In this document: positions 61,588 to 64,000 of the stretch, one piece after another
How the letters are laid out: every line of letters starts with the position of its first letter
Position numbering within the stretch: position 1 is the first letter of the stretch
Source: Scyliorhinus canicula
Lineage: Eukaryota
Length of the DNA: 64,000 nucleotides
NCBI RefSeq assembly: GCF_902713615.1
Contig: NC_052162.1
Location: forward strand, 47,987,990 to 48,051,989
Direction of reading: 5' to 3'
Translations under genes and position numbers: made by a program
Notes under the pieces: generated by a model
The model's input: only the letters and a program-made list of their open reading frames with translations
What the model was told of the DNA's origin: nothing
The model's database searches: none

Positions 61588-63545
61588 TGTATAAGAGCAG
61601 AATTAGATCATTTGGCCCATCGAGTCTATTCCGCCATTTGATCATGGCTGATGCATTTCTCAGCCTGATTCTCCTGCTTTCTCCCTTTAACCCTTGATCC
61701 ATTTATTGATCAATAGCCTTTCTATCTCTGCCTTAAAAACACAGTGAATTGGCCTCCACAGCCTTTTGCGGCAATGAGTTCCACAGATTCACCACCCTTT
61801 GGCTGAAGAAATTCCTCCTCATCTCAGTTTTAAATGATCATCCCTTCAGTCTGAGGCTGTGTCCTCGGGTTATAGTCTCGCCTACTAGTGGAAACATCAT
61901 TTCCAAGTCCATTCTATCTAGGCCTCTCAGTATTCTGTAATTTTCAATGCGATTTCTCCCCCCCCCCCCTCATCCTTCTGAACTCCATCGAGTACAGGCA
62001 CAGAGTCATCAACCGCTCCTCGTATGACAAGCCTTTCATTCCCGGGATCATTCTTGTGAACCACCTCTGGGTCCCCTCCAAGGGTAGCACATCATTCCTT
62101 AAAAACGGGGCCCAAAACTGCTAACATTATTCCAAATTAGGCCTGACCAGAGCTTTCTGGAGCCTCAGCAATACATCCATGCTCTTGTATACTAGCTCTC
62201 TTGGTAGCATTGCATTTGCCTTCCTAACTGCCAACTGAACCTGCATGTTAACCTTAAGAGAATCCTGAACTATGACTCCTGTGTCCCTTAGTGCTTTAGA
62301 TTGCAGAAGCCTTTCCCCATTTAGATAATAGTCTATGCCTTTATTCTTTCTGTCAAAGTACATAAGATTACACTTTTCCACATTGTATTTCATATGCCAC
62401 TTCTTTGCCTACTCTCCTAGCCTTTCCAAGTCCTTCTGCAGCCTCCCCGTTTCCTCAACATTACCTGTCCCCTCAGTTCCTTCTAGATTGTTAATGTATA
62501 TTGTGGACAGTTGTGGTCCTATCACTAACCCCTGCGGAACACGACTAGTCACCGACTGAATTAACCCCTTTATCCCACTCTCTGCCTTCTGCCGGTCAGC
62601 CAATCCTCTACCCATGCCAACTCCTTGCCCCTAACACCATTGGCTCTTATCTTATTTAGCAGCCTCCTGTACGGCACCTTGTCAAAAAGCCTTCTGGAAA
62701 TGTAAATAGACCACATCCACTGACTCTCCCTCGTCTAGCTTCATCATTTCCTCCTCAAAGAATTCAAAAGGGTTCATCAGGCATGACCTCCCATTGATGA
62801 AGTCGTACTGACTCAGCGCTATTTTACCATGCACCTCTAAGCACACTGCAATTTTGTCCTTAATAACGGACTTTAAAATCTTACCAATCACTGAAATCAG
62901 GCTAACTGGCCTTTATTTCCTGTATTCTGCCTCACTCCCTTCTTAAACAGGGGTGTTACATTAGTCATTTTCCAGTCCTCTGGGACCCTCCCTGACTGCA
63001 GTGATTCCTGAAAGATCACTGTCAATGCCTCCACAATCTCTTCCATTACTTCCTTCAGAACCCTGGGGTGTAGTCCATCCGGTCCGGGTAATTTATCCAC
63101 CTTGAGACCTTTCAGCTTCCCCAGCACCTTCTCTTTAGTGATGGCCACCACACTCACCTCTGCCCCCAACTCTCTTGAAATTCTGGTCTGCCACTGGTGT
63201 CTTCCACCCTGCAGACTTATGCAAAGTACATATTCAGAACCTCTGCAATTTCTTTGTTCCCCATTACTACTTCTCCACCTCATTTTCTAGTGGTCCACTG
63301 CCCATTCTTGCCTTTTATATATCGGAAAAAAAAACCCTCGCAATCTTCTTTTATATTACGAGCTAGCTTACACTCCTATTTCATCTTCTTCCCCCTTATT
63401 GCTTTTTTACTTATCCTCTGCTTGCTTTTAAAAGTTTCCAAATCTTCTGGCTTTACACTAATCCTTGTCACACTGTATGCTTCTTTCTTTTGTTTATATG
63501 CTGTCCCTGACTTCATTTGCCAGCCATGGTTGCCTCATCCTACCC
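61588..63545 (-). mobile_element. CR1 LINE, decayed
   Basis: GPDGLHPRVLKE, VPEDWKMTNVTPLFKKG, VPQGLVIGPQL, LVRPNLE. Confidence 0.88.
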
Positions 63546-63555
63546 TTAAGTCCAT

Positions 63556-64000
63556 GTACCGGATTCTCCGCAGCCCCTTGCCGAAATTGCAGACGGCGGG
63601 GGAGGTGGAAAATCCACTTTCACGTCGTAATCGAACCCGCCGTCCTGCGGCGATTCTCCGTGTCCCTAACATCAGTGTGACCACGAGTATGGCGCCTTGC
63701 CGGGTGGCCATTGCCAGAGGCCAGCCCAGCAATCTTCCGCTCCCAACTGGCCGAGTTCCCGACGGTGTGGAACTAACCACCTATTGCCGGTCGGGATGCT
63801 GGCGTGGCAGCTGCAGACTCAGTCCACAGCACCCTGGTCTGGGGAGGGGGATCGGATGCCGGGCGTGGGGGAGTCTTATAGGCGGCCGGGGATTAGTTCT
63901 GCGGAGTTAGATGTTCGTATCCGCAGTTAAAGCTGCGAGATTTACTCCGGGTCCCTGCTAGCCCACTGCAGGGCATTGAATTAGTCCAACTTTTTTATCG
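63556..64000. mobile_element. Harbinger-type MITE running off the window end
   Basis: ..CCGGATTCTCCG left end; internal similarity to 6862-7468 (GCGATTCTCC, GGCCGAGTTCCCG, GCTAGCCC). Confidence 0.65.

Overview
Eukaryotic vertebrate DNA, most likely a cartilaginous fish (catshark-like; inferred from the HE1-type V-SINE, CR1 and Penelope repertoire). One host gene is supported: neuroligin-3 (NLGN3) on the + strand. It shows the first coding exon (ATG ~41063, donor after 41555) and the 60-nt alternative splice-site-A1 exon (49500-49559); the rest of the window is probably NLGN3 intron or upstream sequence. Most of the window is transposable elements. These include a full-length but decayed two-gene PIF/Harbinger element (43678-47299), three partial copies, and about ten GC-rich Harbinger-type MITEs with 3-bp TSDs, five of which carry an NRF1-CRE-NRF1 motif cassette. 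Also present are CR1 LINEs (one young, with an open RT frame), Copia and Gypsy LTR remnants, Penelope remnants with decayed hammerhead motifs, two tRNA-SINE families, and a ~3.9-kb 41-bp minisatellite with higher-order structure. Most listed ORFs are spurious products of GC-rich repeats. I found no clear novel protein-coding system. The best leads are the Harbinger/MITE system and the splicing landscape around exon A1.
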